This document shows positions 8,811 to 19,500 of a stretch of 64,000 nucleotides of DNA, piece after piece (within the stretch, counting starts at the first letter, position 1; each line of letters opens with the position of its first letter). The DNA is from Kiritimatiellia bacterium (GTDB lineage: Bacteria > Verrucomicrobiota > Kiritimatiellia > RFP12 > UBA1067), in NCBI GenBank assembly GCA_045599445.1, contig JAZRWB010000061.1, positions 12,623 to 76,622 of the forward strand, given 5' to 3'. The notes beneath the pieces are model-generated. The model worked only from the letters and a program-made list of their open reading frames with translations, was not told the DNA's origin and ran no database searches. Position numbers and translations under genes: made by a program.

Positions 8811-11800
8811 TTACTCGGACTTCTGCAGACGGATCTGGAAGAAGTGGTAGCCAGTCGACTCCATTGTCTGCTGCCTATTCCATCCTTCAATCTTTTGCCA
8901 GTCATCCTTCAGATCATTCTTGCCGTAAAGCACTTCTTCATAGCCAACAACTTCGATGCGGGGATAGACATAGGGTACGCCGGACTCGTCGAGCATCAAC
9001 TGATAGACGACGGCCTCGGTGAGCTGAGCGACATTGAAGTCGGGGTTCTCGATCACGATCTTCTCCAGCGACATGCACTTGTAGAAGGCCTTCTCGCCGA
9101 TAGTCGCAACATCCCTGCCTACCGTAACCTCGTTGAGCTTCGTGAAGTCCTTGAAGAAGCGCTTGCCAATATTCTCGACACCATCACGAATCACGGTTTT
9201 CTCGACCGATCTCTTCTGCTTAGTGGTGAAGGTCGGAGCGACGTCGGCGCTACCCTCGCCGGTAACGACGAGCTCTTTACCATCTTCGGAGATGATGATG
9301 CCGTAGTCCTTGGCCAGCGTACCCCTGAAGGTCGATCCCTCGACGACGATGTCGTCTTCACCTTCCTTCGAAAGTACGATCTTCACCGTGATATTGGCCT
9401 GCTTTTCCGAGTTGTTGTCCACCGCGCAAGTGTAGTCAGTCGTAACAGCAACAAGCTGCGCGTAGGTAATCTGGCGATCGACGCTCTTAAGTATCCTGAC
9501 GGGCGTATCCGCCTCAAGCGCGAACGCCGGGAAGTCGATCATCGACTCGCCATCCTGCGGATTCGAGCCCTTGAGCGTGAAGTCCTCTGCGTCGAGCGCG
9601 ATATCCGAGGAAATCTCGAAATCCACGTTCCAATCGCCATAACCGATCGCCGCAGTGCCAAGCGTGTACTTGATCGCGAGGTCAAAGCCGACAATCGTCG
9701 TCAGTTCAACCATTGCCTCGGGAACGACATTTTTCTCGAAGGTCACCTTGCCATCGGTCTCAGTCTTCGTCCAACCGGTTCCCGCCGTTACCCCAGAAAG
9801 CGCAAAGCCCTTCGTATCAATCGTAATCGCCTTGGAAACCGCCACGCTTGCCGAACTTTCGCGTGCAAGAACAACCGTATCTCCATCGCTTGCCGCATTA
9901 ACCGCGCTTGCAAGCGTCGAGTAGAACGTCGGCGTTCCGTTCACATCGCGATACGCGACATTATTCCGCGCACCCAACGTTAATCTGTTTTTCGCGAGTG
10001 AAACAACCTTGGTGTTACCGTTGTAGAGACAGAACTCCACCTCGCAAATCGCACCGTCATTCTCCGCCGCTACGCTGTAGAGACCAACTGTCAGCGCGTT
10101 CTTGAAATTGTCTTCCGTCAGAAAGCGCGAGAGCTTAATCTGCGAACCGCCAAGATACTGATCTACAACAGTAAAAAATGCGCGGTACTCGGTATTGGCC
10201 GGAATCTCCGCCGGCAACTCCTTGCTCATTATGTAATTAAATCCAATCTTCTCGTAGCCGATTTTCTGATCGCACTTGATGACCACGTCAATCGTGTAGC
10301 TACTGAACGGCGTAATCGCCGACTCCGCCTCGGCCTTCGCGAAGAAACTCGATGGATTGCTCGCCGAGAACGTCGGCGACGAACTGTAAGCCGAAACCAG
10401 CGACGAATCGGTAATCGCCACCAGCTTGAACTGTTCATCCAGCGAACTTGAGCCGCCCTGCTTCGCCATGCTACCGATAAGCTTCCGGCCGATACAGTAA
10501 TACGAACCACTCTTCGTCTCCTGATAGTCCTCCCCGAGATAACTCTTAATCGAATTTGTGAACTTGCCGCCCCTGAAGTCCGTCGTTGCGCCCGTGTTAA
10601 CAGTTATGGCGCCGGTAAATGTTCCGTTATAGGTCGTCGCAGTCGAACCCGACTTGAGCGTCAACGCTCCCGTGTAGGTTCCATAGGCGACCGTGAGCTT
10701 GCCGGAAACGTCGACCGCGGGCGCAAACCTGCCGACGGCACCGACCGAAGTGTCGATAATCGTGAGGTCGCCTGCCGACGAAATCGTCACCTTGCCTGGA
10801 CCCGAGAGCGTAAAGCCGTTGAGATCGAGAATGGCGGCACGGTCAATGGTCTCGCCAGCCGACGCGATACCAGCAGCCTGCGCCAACTTAATCACCTGAC
10901 CATTCGCCGCTTTGACGGCGTCGGTAAGCGTGTCATACTTGTTGCCCGAATCAGTCTCCTTGCCGATGTAGAAGTTGTAGTCGACGGTCTTCTCCACGAC
11001 ATCGTAATATTTGGTCTCCTCGTTGTAGAGCCCCTTGTATCCCACCGCGCAATACTTCGTCGGATCGGTCGTGTAGCTTCCGCCGACCGTGCGGACGTTG
11101 GTGGTGGTGGACGGAAGTTTGCAGGCGCCAACGGTCGTAAAAACGTAGTAGCCGCCGCCTTTGTTCTCTTCCAGCAGTTTGCCCGTGCCGTTGTTACTGA
11201 CACCGAAAGCATTGCAATCGTAAAACTCTACGCGGCTGGTCGCGCCGGAATTGGCGTTAATGCGAACCGTGGCCGTCCCTGTGCAGCCGACGACATAGGT
11301 CTTGCCCCAGCTGTTGTAGGCATTATCGCCACTCGAGTGCGAGATTGTCGTTCCGTTAACGAGATAAACCTGCGAGGATGCGACCACGCTAGAGATAGTG
11401 AACTGGAAAGTCGCACAGTCAACGCGGAAACCCGCACCCATCTGCTTGGTGTTGTTTGATAGGATCCACTTGCTGTTGAGTGCGCTCACATCTGCCAGCT
11501 TAATGCTCTGCGCGTCCTTCAAAAGCACGACGAACTTAGTTGCCGTCGGAGCGGTGGACGGCGTCGGATACGCCGCGTTCAGTGCTTTCGCGACCGTATC
11601 GTACGCGCCGTCGACCGAACTGATGGCGTTGATCGCCTTCGAAGTGTTGACCGTGACGACCGCAGCCGCCGGCGAGGCGCAGTCCGCCGTAACCCAGTTG
11701 GTTGCACCTTCAAAACGAACAGCCCCCTTCTGTGCGCAAGCGGGCGCGGTTCCCGAAGTCGTACCCGTAGTTACAGTCGAGACGGTCGTCTTGCAGTACT

Positions 11801-12734
11801 TGAACGATGAATAACTCGCAAAGGCGTTCGCCGGCGTAATTACGTCGCCCTGCGAGATCTCGATGAAGTTAAGCGCATAGGATCCGTTTCCGGAAATCTT
11901 GCCGCCATTGGCGAGCGTGCCCATCACAAGGAGTCGTCCATCGTTCACGACATTCAGGCCGCTCGGCACCGTCGCCGTCTCGCCCTTCGGAATGGTGATG
12001 GTCGCGTTAGACGGAATCTGCACCTTGAGGAGGTTGGGGTTCGCAAGCGCGGCAAATAACTCGTCCTTGGTCGTTACGGTGGCGACCTTGTCCGCGGTGA
12101 GGAACTCTGCCTCAACCGTGGTGTCGGATGTAGTGGAAAATGTGTATGGGTTCGTATCTATTCTGGTGTCATTGATCTTCCATGAGTTGAAGGACGAGTC
12201 GCTGGTCGCGAGCGTCACCGTTGTCACCTTTGTAAGATTCGTTAGGTCCGCTGGCGCCGCATCATTAACGGTATACGAACATCCCGCCGGTGGTGCCGCG
12301 AAGGTAATGGAAAACGGATCGTACTTAATCTCATCGAAAACGGCATAAATGGTCTTGATGACGCTGGAATTCGTCGGGGGATTGTTTTTGTCCGAACTCG
12401 TGACAGCATAGGTATATTTCGTTCCTGCCGTTAGCGTTCCACTACCATCCGTATTTGTCGACCAACCTTTAAACTCAAACCCCTTATTAGCTTGGGCAAA
12501 GCCATAAACAGTTACCGATGCTGAATCTCCAGTTGATGAATTAGAGCCGACAGCGCTTGTTTCCCCGCTTGTGGCATTAGAACTTGTTGATGCATAAACT
12601 TTGCCGGCACCGGTCGGAGAATTGGACGAAAGCCCAACCGTAAGTTTAGCATAATAGGTCGTACTAGTCGCCCGTGCAGAGGTGCTGGCGAAGAGCGACA
12701 AAAGCAGAAAACTATATGCGAGAAGATTCTTCAT
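8811..12734 (-). CDS. Large secreted adhesin-like protein (1307 aa) with beta-helix-type repeats and a C-terminal BspA-LRR-like segment
   Basis: Signal peptide MKNLLAYSFLLLSLFASTSARA. Thr/Ser/Gly-rich repeat stretches. The segment IGEKAFYKCMSLEKIVI resembles a BspA LRR unit. An extended -10 (TGATACAAT) lies at ~12745-12760. Confidence 0.7.
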   Translation of the reverse strand: MKNLLAYSFLLLSLFASTSARATSTTYYAKLTVGLSSNSPTGAGKVYASTSSNATSGETSAVGSNSSTGDSASVTVYGFAQANKGFEFKGWSTNTDGSGTLTAGTKYTYAVTSSDKNNPPTNSSVIKTIYAVFDEIKYDPFSITFAAPPAGCSYTVNDAAPADLTNLTKVTTVTLATSDSSFNSWKINDTRIDTNPYTFSTTSDTTVEAEFLTADKVATVTTKDELFAALANPNLLKVQIPSNATITIPKGETATVPSGLNVVNDGRLLVMGTLANGGKISGNGSYALNFIEISQGDVITPANAFASYSSFKYCKTTVSTVTTGTTSGTAPACAQKGAVRFEGATNWVTADCASPAAAVVTVNTSKAINAISSVDGAYDTVAKALNAAYPTPSTAPTATKFVVLLKDAQSIKLADVSALNSKWILSNNTKQMGAGFRVDCATFQFTISSVVASSQVYLVNGTTISHSSGDNAYNSWGKTYVVGCTGTATVRINANSGATSRVEFYDCNAFGVSNNGTGKLLEENKGGGYYVFTTVGACKLPSTTTNVRTVGGSYTTDPTKYCAVGYKGLYNEETKYYDVVEKTVDYNFYIGKETDSGNKYDTLTDAVKAANGQVIKLAQAAGIASAGETIDRAAILDLNGFTLSGPGKVTISSAGDLTIIDTSVGAVGRFAPAVDVSGKLTVAYGTYTGALTLKSGSTATTYNGTFTGAITVNTGATTDFRGGKFTNSIKSYLGEDYQETKSGSYYCIGRKLIGSMAKQGGSSSLDEQFKLVAITDSSLVSAYSSSPTFSASNPSSFFAKAEAESAITPFSSYTIDVVIKCDQKIGYEKIGFNYIMSKELPAEIPANTEYRAFFTVVDQYLGGSQIKLSRFLTEDNFKNALTVGLYSVAAENDGAICEVEFCLYNGNTKVVSLAKNRLTLGARNNVAYRDVNGTPTFYSTLASAVNAASDGDTVVLARESSASVAVSKAITIDTKGFALSGVTAGTGWTKTETDGKVTFEKNVVPEAMVELTTIVGFDLAIKYTLGTAAIGYGDWNVDFEISSDIALDAEDFTLKGSNPQDGESMIDFPAFALEADTPVRILKSVDRQITYAQLVAVTTDYTCAVDNNSEKQANITVKIVLSKEGEDDIVVEGSTFRGTLAKDYGIIISEDGKELVVTGEGSADVAPTFTTKQKRSVEKTVIRDGVENIGKRFFKDFTKLNEVTVGRDVATIGEKAFYKCMSLEKIVIENPDFNVAQLTEAVVYQLMLDESGVPYVYPRIEVVGYEEVLYGKNDLKDDWQKIEGWNRQQTMESTGYHFFQIRLQKSE

Positions 12735-12763
12735 TTATCCTTTACAATATCAGGGTAATTGTA

Positions 12764-13849
12764 TCATATTCCCGCACATAATACCATATACCCTGCAACC
12801 AAAATATAATAGGCGGGATCGATGAGCAAGTCGGGGTAAATCGACATTCCGCCCATCCATATCAGCAACATTCCCGCAAAATACCATTTCCACCTCTTAC
12901 GCCACTTCCAAAAGACAATCGGCAAGATATTGAACGGCACGACGAGCCAATGCCATGAAGTCGCCGGCAAGCTTGAGCAAAAGACGAGATAAGTATAGAA
13001 AACGCCATACCCAACATAAATTCCATAAAGAACCCCGCTAAACACCCTTCCAATCCACCCTTTTAGGAAGCTTAAGATCGCAAAAAGCGCTACGATTACG
13101 CCGGCAAAGCAAGGCGAAAACCACGAAGCGCCGCTCGGCGAGCTTGAAGGAACAAGCGCTTTGCCTTCTTCGGTAATAATACGCTCCCCTGCAAACTTTG
13201 CACCTCTTAAGACCGTAAGCAAGTCCCAGGGCACGACTACGCGCTCATATTTAAGAACGTATTTGTCGGCTTCAACACCCACCAGCGACTGGGTAAAGAA
13301 GCGATTCCACGGGAAGTCGTCCAAGCATTCGCAAAAAAGCTCTCGCCGAGTTTTCGTGGCAATATTCTCCGGCCAATGGCCAAAGTCGATTCCCAAGGGC
13401 TTCGCCGCTTCCATTAGGCACCGCAATACCGACTGCGCACAACCTCGTTCCAAATAATCGTAAGGCAGCTTTACCCCTTCGGCGACTTTCTCGTCCATTA
13501 TCTTCCAAAGTTGGCGCTTTGTCTCAAGCGGCAAGTTAAGATAGTACTCGCTAACCCCACGATGATCATTGCGATAGAACGACAAGTATTCTTCGGTAGG
13601 AACGGCGAACATCCCCATCTTAAGTCGACCCGAAAGGAAGGTAAGCACCCTTTCACTCACCATCTCGCTCTCGTAGGAGTAGCAATAGTCGAGATTGTAA
13701 GTGTCGCACTTTAAGCGCAATGCCGAATGTCCAGCACAAGAATATAACTCGCCGCCTGGCTCGGCAATTAGCAGATACGCCTCGACGAACTCGCCGCCAA
13801 AGGCGCCAAGCGCCAGTTGCGCCAAAAGTACTATCGCAAACTTATTCAT
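12764..13849 (-). CDS. Membrane protein, possibly DUF4105 family
   Basis: N-terminal signal, GHSALRL motif and a C-terminal multi-TM region. The family assignment is tentative. Confidence 0.4.
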   Translation of the reverse strand: MNKFAIVLLAQLALGAFGGEFVEAYLLIAEPGGELYSCAGHSALRLKCDTYNLDYCYSYESEMVSERVLTFLSGRLKMGMFAVPTEEYLSFYRNDHRGVSEYYLNLPLETKRQLWKIMDEKVAEGVKLPYDYLERGCAQSVLRCLMEAAKPLGIDFGHWPENIATKTRRELFCECLDDFPWNRFFTQSLVGVEADKYVLKYERVVVPWDLLTVLRGAKFAGERIITEEGKALVPSSSPSGASWFSPCFAGVIVALFAILSFLKGWIGRVFSGVLYGIYVGYGVFYTYLVFCSSLPATSWHWLVVPFNILPIVFWKWRKRWKWYFAGMLLIWMGGMSIYPDLLIDPAYYILVAGYMVLCAGI

Positions 13850-13853
13850 ATAT

Positions 13854-15086
13854 TTATTGCAAGTAATTAGTCGCTGGGACTATCTTTACAACTTGATTAT
13901 CTACTGAAACCACTTCTTCTTCATGGTCGGTAATCAGAGTAAGGCGCGGGCAATTAAGCTTTCTACCAGCACCTAAAAGCGAAGAAAGTTCACGTTTGCG
14001 TGTTTTTTCGTTTTCTATCGTATACGACACTTGAATAAGTTCGACAATCTTTCCGTGTTCGGTCAAGCAGAAATCAATATCATAGGATTGATCTCGATAA
14101 TAAAAGATTTCCACATCCATCGCCTTTCTCCGGCGCAATAGTTCCAAATAGACGATATTCTCCAATCGCCAGCCAAGTTCCTCGTCAGTTCCCAAAACCC
14201 CGGTAAAGTACGAGATAAGCGCCGGATCGGCAACATACAACTTGTCGTTGCGAATACGTTCGACTATTTTAGTAGAATATTTGCGAATCCGCGACACTAA
14301 ACACGACTCTTCCAAGTAGGATAGATACGTTTGCATAGTATGCGCACTGGATACGCCGGCCTTAACTGCGAGCGCATCATGGGATATCTCGCGAGCATAT
14401 TGCTGCATAATGACATACGCGGCGTCAATGAATCGCTGAGCATTACGCACTTGATGACGACCAAGGATATCTTTAGAGAGGATCGAATTATACAAAGCGG
14501 TGATATATCCGCGAATATCGGGCATCGCAAATGTTTCCGGAAGTCCTCCACGGAAGAAATAGTTTTTCCATGCCTCTTTGACGGGAAGCTTTGACCAAGC
14601 GACATACTCGCCAAAGGAAAAAGGATAGACCTCAATCGGTAAAAATCTACCTGTTAAATGAGTAGCCAATTCGCTCGTAAGTAGCCGCGCATTGGATCCG
14701 GTGATTACCACATGATTGCCTGATCGCAATAAACGATTGACAAAAAGATGCCACCCTTCAACATTTTGAATTTCATCAAATAAAAAGTGTTTAACTGGCC
14801 CATAGACCGCAAGCACCGCCTGTAAGACATCATCTAACTGATCAGCGGTTAGATTCAATAGTGCCTCATCGTCAAAGTTTACATACCCAAACGTCACCCC
14901 CGAGTCCGACAATGCTTTACGGCAAACCACCGACTTACCAGCACGTCGCATCCCAAGAACTGCCTGAGCAAAGGGACTGTTTACCTCGACGCTCCGCATA
15001 GAGGAGCGGAAAAGCACATCTTGGACCAATAAATGTCTTAACTCCTCGCGTTGCTCAAGGACTATCTTCTCAAAGTTTCTTGACAT
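13854..15086 (-). CDS. AAA+ ATPase (AAA_14) with C-terminal DUF4143 / PD-(D/E)xK-like domain
   Basis: Walker A GMRRAGKS, Walker B FLFDEIQ. Start set at MSRNFEK because GGAGG lies 5 nt upstream, rather than the ORF-track ATG at 15107. Confidence 0.8.
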   Translation of the reverse strand: MSRNFEKIVLEQREELRHLLVQDVLFRSSMRSVEVNSPFAQAVLGMRRAGKSVVCRKALSDSGVTFGYVNFDDEALLNLTADQLDDVLQAVLAVYGPVKHFLFDEIQNVEGWHLFVNRLLRSGNHVVITGSNARLLTSELATHLTGRFLPIEVYPFSFGEYVAWSKLPVKEAWKNYFFRGGLPETFAMPDIRGYITALYNSILSKDILGRHQVRNAQRFIDAAYVIMQQYAREISHDALAVKAGVSSAHTMQTYLSYLEESCLVSRIRKYSTKIVERIRNDKLYVADPALISYFTGVLGTDEELGWRLENIVYLELLRRRKAMDVEIFYYRDQSYDIDFCLTEHGKIVELIQVSYTIENEKTRKRELSSLLGAGRKLNCPRLTLITDHEEEVVSVDNQVVKIVPATNYLQ

Positions 15087-15107
15087 TTTACCTCCAAAGA
15101 TATGCAA

Positions 15108-15221
15108 TATTGCATTTCATTGCACCTTATTGCAATAACTTATAAAGGTTAATGCGATAAGCCGCTCGTATTTGCAATATTACCAAAAACTTGTGCAATG
15201 CGTCAAGGGCATAAACCTCAC
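15108..15221. promoter_or_regulatory. Promoter/operator region with four TTGCAAT-containing palindromes
   Basis: tgcaatattgca and ttattgcaataa are perfect 12-bp palindromes. Further copies: tttgcaatatt and gtgcaatgc. Lies directly upstream of the ATPase gene 13854..15086. Confidence 0.4.
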
Positions 15222-16394
15222 CTAAATGGCGGGAGGAAACCACATAACCGAACGGAAATTATCCGCTCGAACCGATGCATCTCCAAACGATTTAATCGGC
15301 TCGCCATCGTAAACAAGTAAAGGATCTACCGCCGATAAATCACTTTGCGAATAAACCAAAAGATTTCGAACAAGATCTTTTGAGAAAGTCCTTGCCGACT
15401 TTACCTCAACCGGACGCACTTGCGCACTCTGCGAAACAATCAAATCGACCTCGAACCCCTTCTCGGTTCGATAAAATGCCATCCTCGGCTCTCTTCCGCG
15501 ATTTGTGAAGTTTTTACGTGCGTCCGCCACAACCAAGTTTTCAAAGAGATTTCCACGAAGCGGATCCCTCGCTAATTGATTCGGTGTCTCAATGCCCAGC
15601 AAGTAAGCCGCAAGTCCTACGTCCGTAAAATAAACCTTCGGGGATTTGACTACCCGTTTGGAGACATTGGAAAAATACGGTGGTAGCCGGAATACAAGAA
15701 AAGACGCCTCAAGAACGGAAAACCAACTCGAAAGCGTCGTTGCCGAAACTCCAACTTCACTTGAAAGCGTAGAAAAATTCACAATCTGCCCCACGCGCCC
15801 CGCCAATAGAGTCACGAACCGCTCAAACAACAACAGATCTTTCACATTCACCAGTCGCCGCACATCGCGTTCTACATACGTTCTGAAATAATTACGATAA
15901 TAATTCGTCGGGTCTTTCCTCGTTCGATAGAGTTCGGGCATAAACCCACGGAGAATGAGTTCGTCCGTCGTCAGCTCCTTTGATTCGGACGCGATTTCGT
16001 CAATTGAAAGCGGCAAAAGTTCAAGAATACTCGTCCGTCCCGCCAACGACTCGTCGATCGTCTCCGCAAGACTCGCTTGTTGACTTCCGGTCAGAACAAA
16101 CTGCCCGCATCTTTCACGATGCTCATCGACCATCACCTGAACCGCTGAAGCAATTTCCGGGACATGCTGAATCTCATCAATAATCAGCGGCTTGGTATGC
16201 ATCAAAAATAACGATTTGTAATCCGCAATCGCTAAATCCCTCGTCTCCTTATCCTCCAACGAAATGTAGTCAAAGTCTGGACAACATGCCTTCGCAAGAG
16301 TTGTCTTACCAGATTGTCGCGGACCAAAAATAGTTACAACGGGATATTCGGCAAGCGAAGATTTTAAAATAGAAGTTAATTTACGGTCAATCAT
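15222..16394 (-). CDS. AAA+ ATPase (AAA_14) with DUF4143 domain, second paralog
   Basis: Walker A GPRQSGKT, Walker B LIIDEIQ, C-terminal FEVDLIV...VEVK motif. Confidence 0.8.
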   Translation of the reverse strand: MIDRKLTSILKSSLAEYPVVTIFGPRQSGKTTLAKACCPDFDYISLEDKETRDLAIADYKSLFLMHTKPLIIDEIQHVPEIASAVQVMVDEHRERCGQFVLTGSQQASLAETIDESLAGRTSILELLPLSIDEIASESKELTTDELILRGFMPELYRTRKDPTNYYRNYFRTYVERDVRRLVNVKDLLLFERFVTLLAGRVGQIVNFSTLSSEVGVSATTLSSWFSVLEASFLVFRLPPYFSNVSKRVVKSPKVYFTDVGLAAYLLGIETPNQLARDPLRGNLFENLVVADARKNFTNRGREPRMAFYRTEKGFEVDLIVSQSAQVRPVEVKSARTFSKDLVRNLLVYSQSDLSAVDPLLVYDGEPIKSFGDASVRADNFRSVMWFPPAI

Positions 16395-16496
16395 GTACTT
16401 ACTATCTATTTATGATGACTGGAGTATACCAAATCAGGGCGTAATTTACAAGTACAACTTTTAAATACCCACCATAATGTTTCCGTGGTGAAAATA

Positions 16497-16545
16497 AAAC
16501 AAGAAGGAGCGGTTTCCCCGCTCCTTCTTGTTTGGATTTAGCCGT
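16497..16545 (-). terminator. Intrinsic terminator downstream of the giant protein gene
   Basis: Perfect 13-bp stem caagaaggagcgg/ccgctccttcttg with a 4-nt loop, followed on the minus strand by TTTTATTTT. Lies ~10 bp after the stop at 16551. Confidence 0.7.
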
Positions 16546-16550
16546 TTGGC

Positions 16551-19500
16551 TTACTTATATTCAACCGGCGTGACGATCGTCTGATAGAAGCCCTTGCCTT
16601 CCGGCTTCGTAAGCGTGAACTTGACCTCGTCCTTGCCCGCAAGCTTATTCTTATCGCCTTCCTCATTGAAGCCAAGGTTGGTAAGCTCGCCACCCTGCTT
16701 GAGCGAGTAGTAGAAGCCCTTGAGCGGATCTGCAATCGTGAGCTCGGTCGTATCAGCGGAGAGCGCAACCGAGAGCACATCGGCCTCAGCGGCCTTGACC
16801 GCCTCCTCAACCGCCTCCTCGCCATCCTCGTTCAACACAAACGCAACCTTCTCGCCAACGACCTGAGCCGTGAAGTAGCTCTGGTAAGTCGAGAGCGCTT
16901 CACCGGTAAGCTCAACCGGCGCCTTGAGGAGAGTTGCCTTTTGAGCTTCGACTTCACCAGCATACTCTTGCGGATCCTTGCCGGACGGGATGTCAATATC
17001 CTCTCCAGGAACGACCGGCGAGGACTTCGCCTTAACCGTGAGGTTGTCGATCGAGCAGATTTCCTTCGTAGTCTCGCCATCGGTGATGACGAGCTTGAGC
17101 GTGAAGGTCGCATCGTTCTTAAGATCGATGTTCTTCACTCCGCACTTGAAGGACTGGATCGCCTCGAAGACAGTCTTGACCGTGATGTCGTCTTCCAATC
17201 CAACCGTCGCCAAGACGCTGACAGGATCCCCAGCCGTGCAGGTGTAGTCCTTGTCAACCCAGCCATACGAACCGTAGTTGCCACCAAGCTGGACTTCACC
17301 CTCGCCGATTGTGACATCCGAAATGAGGTAGAACTTGGCAATCCAGCTGTCGTAGCCAACACCGATATTGCCAGCCGTGAACTCAGCCGCCGCCTCGTAG
17401 CCCTCGGCAGTGGTCGGAGCAACCGTAGCCGTCGGAAGGACCTTGGCCGCTGGAATTGTGAACTCGATATCCTTGGTAAGAACGGTATCATCATCCTTAG
17501 CAATCGTGAGCGTTACCGTGAAGGTAGTCTCCTCAGTAAGCGCAATATTCTTAAGTCCACAATTGAAGGTCTTAACATTTTCGGCAATGTAGTTCCACGG
17601 CATATCGATTACCGCGTATGGCTCGTTTGCCGTAAGATCGCTCGTAAGCGGCATATCAATCCACTCGCCATCGTAGTTGTTGTTAATGCCCGCTGGATCT
17701 TCAAGATCGGTCGCATTGAACTGACCCGCGAGAATAATCGCATCTTGCGCAACATTCTTATCGGACGTAATCGTCAAACTCGCCGTATAGTCAGCATACT
17801 TCTGAGCACCCGCCTCCGTCGCCTTGAAGGTAGCCGCCGCGGCAAGCTCTTCCGGCTTGTCAGTCATCGCCTCAACCGTCGCCTCTGGCTTGATCCACTC
17901 AGCCGTGTAGGTGTAGAGTTTGACGCCTTCCGCATAAGAGACTGCCGTTTCAACGATCTTCGCGCCCTCGACCGTCACAATATGACCATCTCCGACATCA
18001 GGATTGTCGATGAGCTTGATGAACGTCTGAACTTGGCCACGCTCCGGAACGAGCGTAATCACCGCCGAATCATCGTAGAACATCAAGACTGATGCTTCGA
18101 GCATGGCAATATTGTCCGGATAAGTCTCGTAATCCATACCCTGACCATCGGCACCAATCACGAGCGGACCGGCAATCATACAAGCGCCGCCGACATTGAT
18201 GATCGTGTGATAACCGTGAGAACCGCGTTCGATGACGCCAGCAAGCACCAGTCCGCTCGCGCCATTGCCGGGAACGACGTTGATTGACTTCTTCGCCGCA
18301 GCACCGTAGAAGTTGTAGAGCAGTCCATCATCAGGCAGCGTGATCGTCGTGATCGTCGCGCCCGGAATCCCCTGCACCTTCATGATTGTGAGCACCGTCT
18401 CGGCCGGGAAGGTATACGCGTACGCAACCACCATATCAACCGCGAACTTGATCGTACCGTGCGTATCGATAAGCGCGAGAGCCGTCGTTTCGTCGTAGAT
18501 AACGATCATGCCGTTGTTCACGATGTTCGCCGGGTTAATCAGAACGGTCTTCTCGTTGAGGTCGAGCGTGACATCTTCGGGAATCGTAAGCGTAAGCGAA
18601 CTGAGATCCGCGTTCTGAAGAACGATTACCGTATCGCCATCCGTTGCATCAGCAAGTGCCGCAGGAATGTCGAGGTAATCGACATCTTCAATCCTCGCGC
18701 CCGCGTCGACCGTGACATCATCCTCAGTAATATCATTGGCAATCTCAGGATCTTCCGTGACAGAATAGTAATCAAATTCGAGTCCGTCAGTGCCGTCCTT
18801 GAAGAGCTTGCCGGGCTGAACCGTGTAAGTAACGGTCATGTCCGCACCATACGGAATCGCAGCATAGCCGCCGATAACGGGGATTGGCTCCTCAACCCCT
18901 TCAACCGTAACCACGACATCCGTACCAGCAATCTCCGGAATCGCGACTTCCACCTGCGCATACGAGACCGTGAGCTTGCCGCCCGCATAGACGAGCATGT
19001 AGTCGCCTTCAACTATCTCGCCCTCGGCGTCGATAAGCGTGATTTCCGGAATCGTCGCCGGCTCAGGCATCGTGATGAAGCTGCCGACCTCGCCGATAAC
19101 CGCCAAGGTCTCGCCAAAGGTAACGCCGCCCTCGGCAATCCACTGCTGACCCGCGAAGGTAATCGTCGCGTCATCGGCGACCGCAATCTTCGCGTTGTTA
19201 ACTGTGCCCTCACCACTACCGAGCGTAATGCCCATGCCGCCAATCATACGGACCTGACCAATATGTTCCGAGGCGTCAACAACCGCGATCTTCTGCGTAA
19301 CATTCGGCTTGTTGCCGATGAAGTTGCCATTTCCGCTGACCTTGCTGAAGATAACCGGCGAGTAGCTCGATCCGTCGGTAAGTTCAAGACCGGCAAGATT
19401 GTTATTCGCGAGAATAACTTCTGGCTCAAACTCAACGCCATCCTTCAGATAACCAACGACGCCAGTAAGCTTAACCGTCGTATTCTCGTTGCCATACTTG

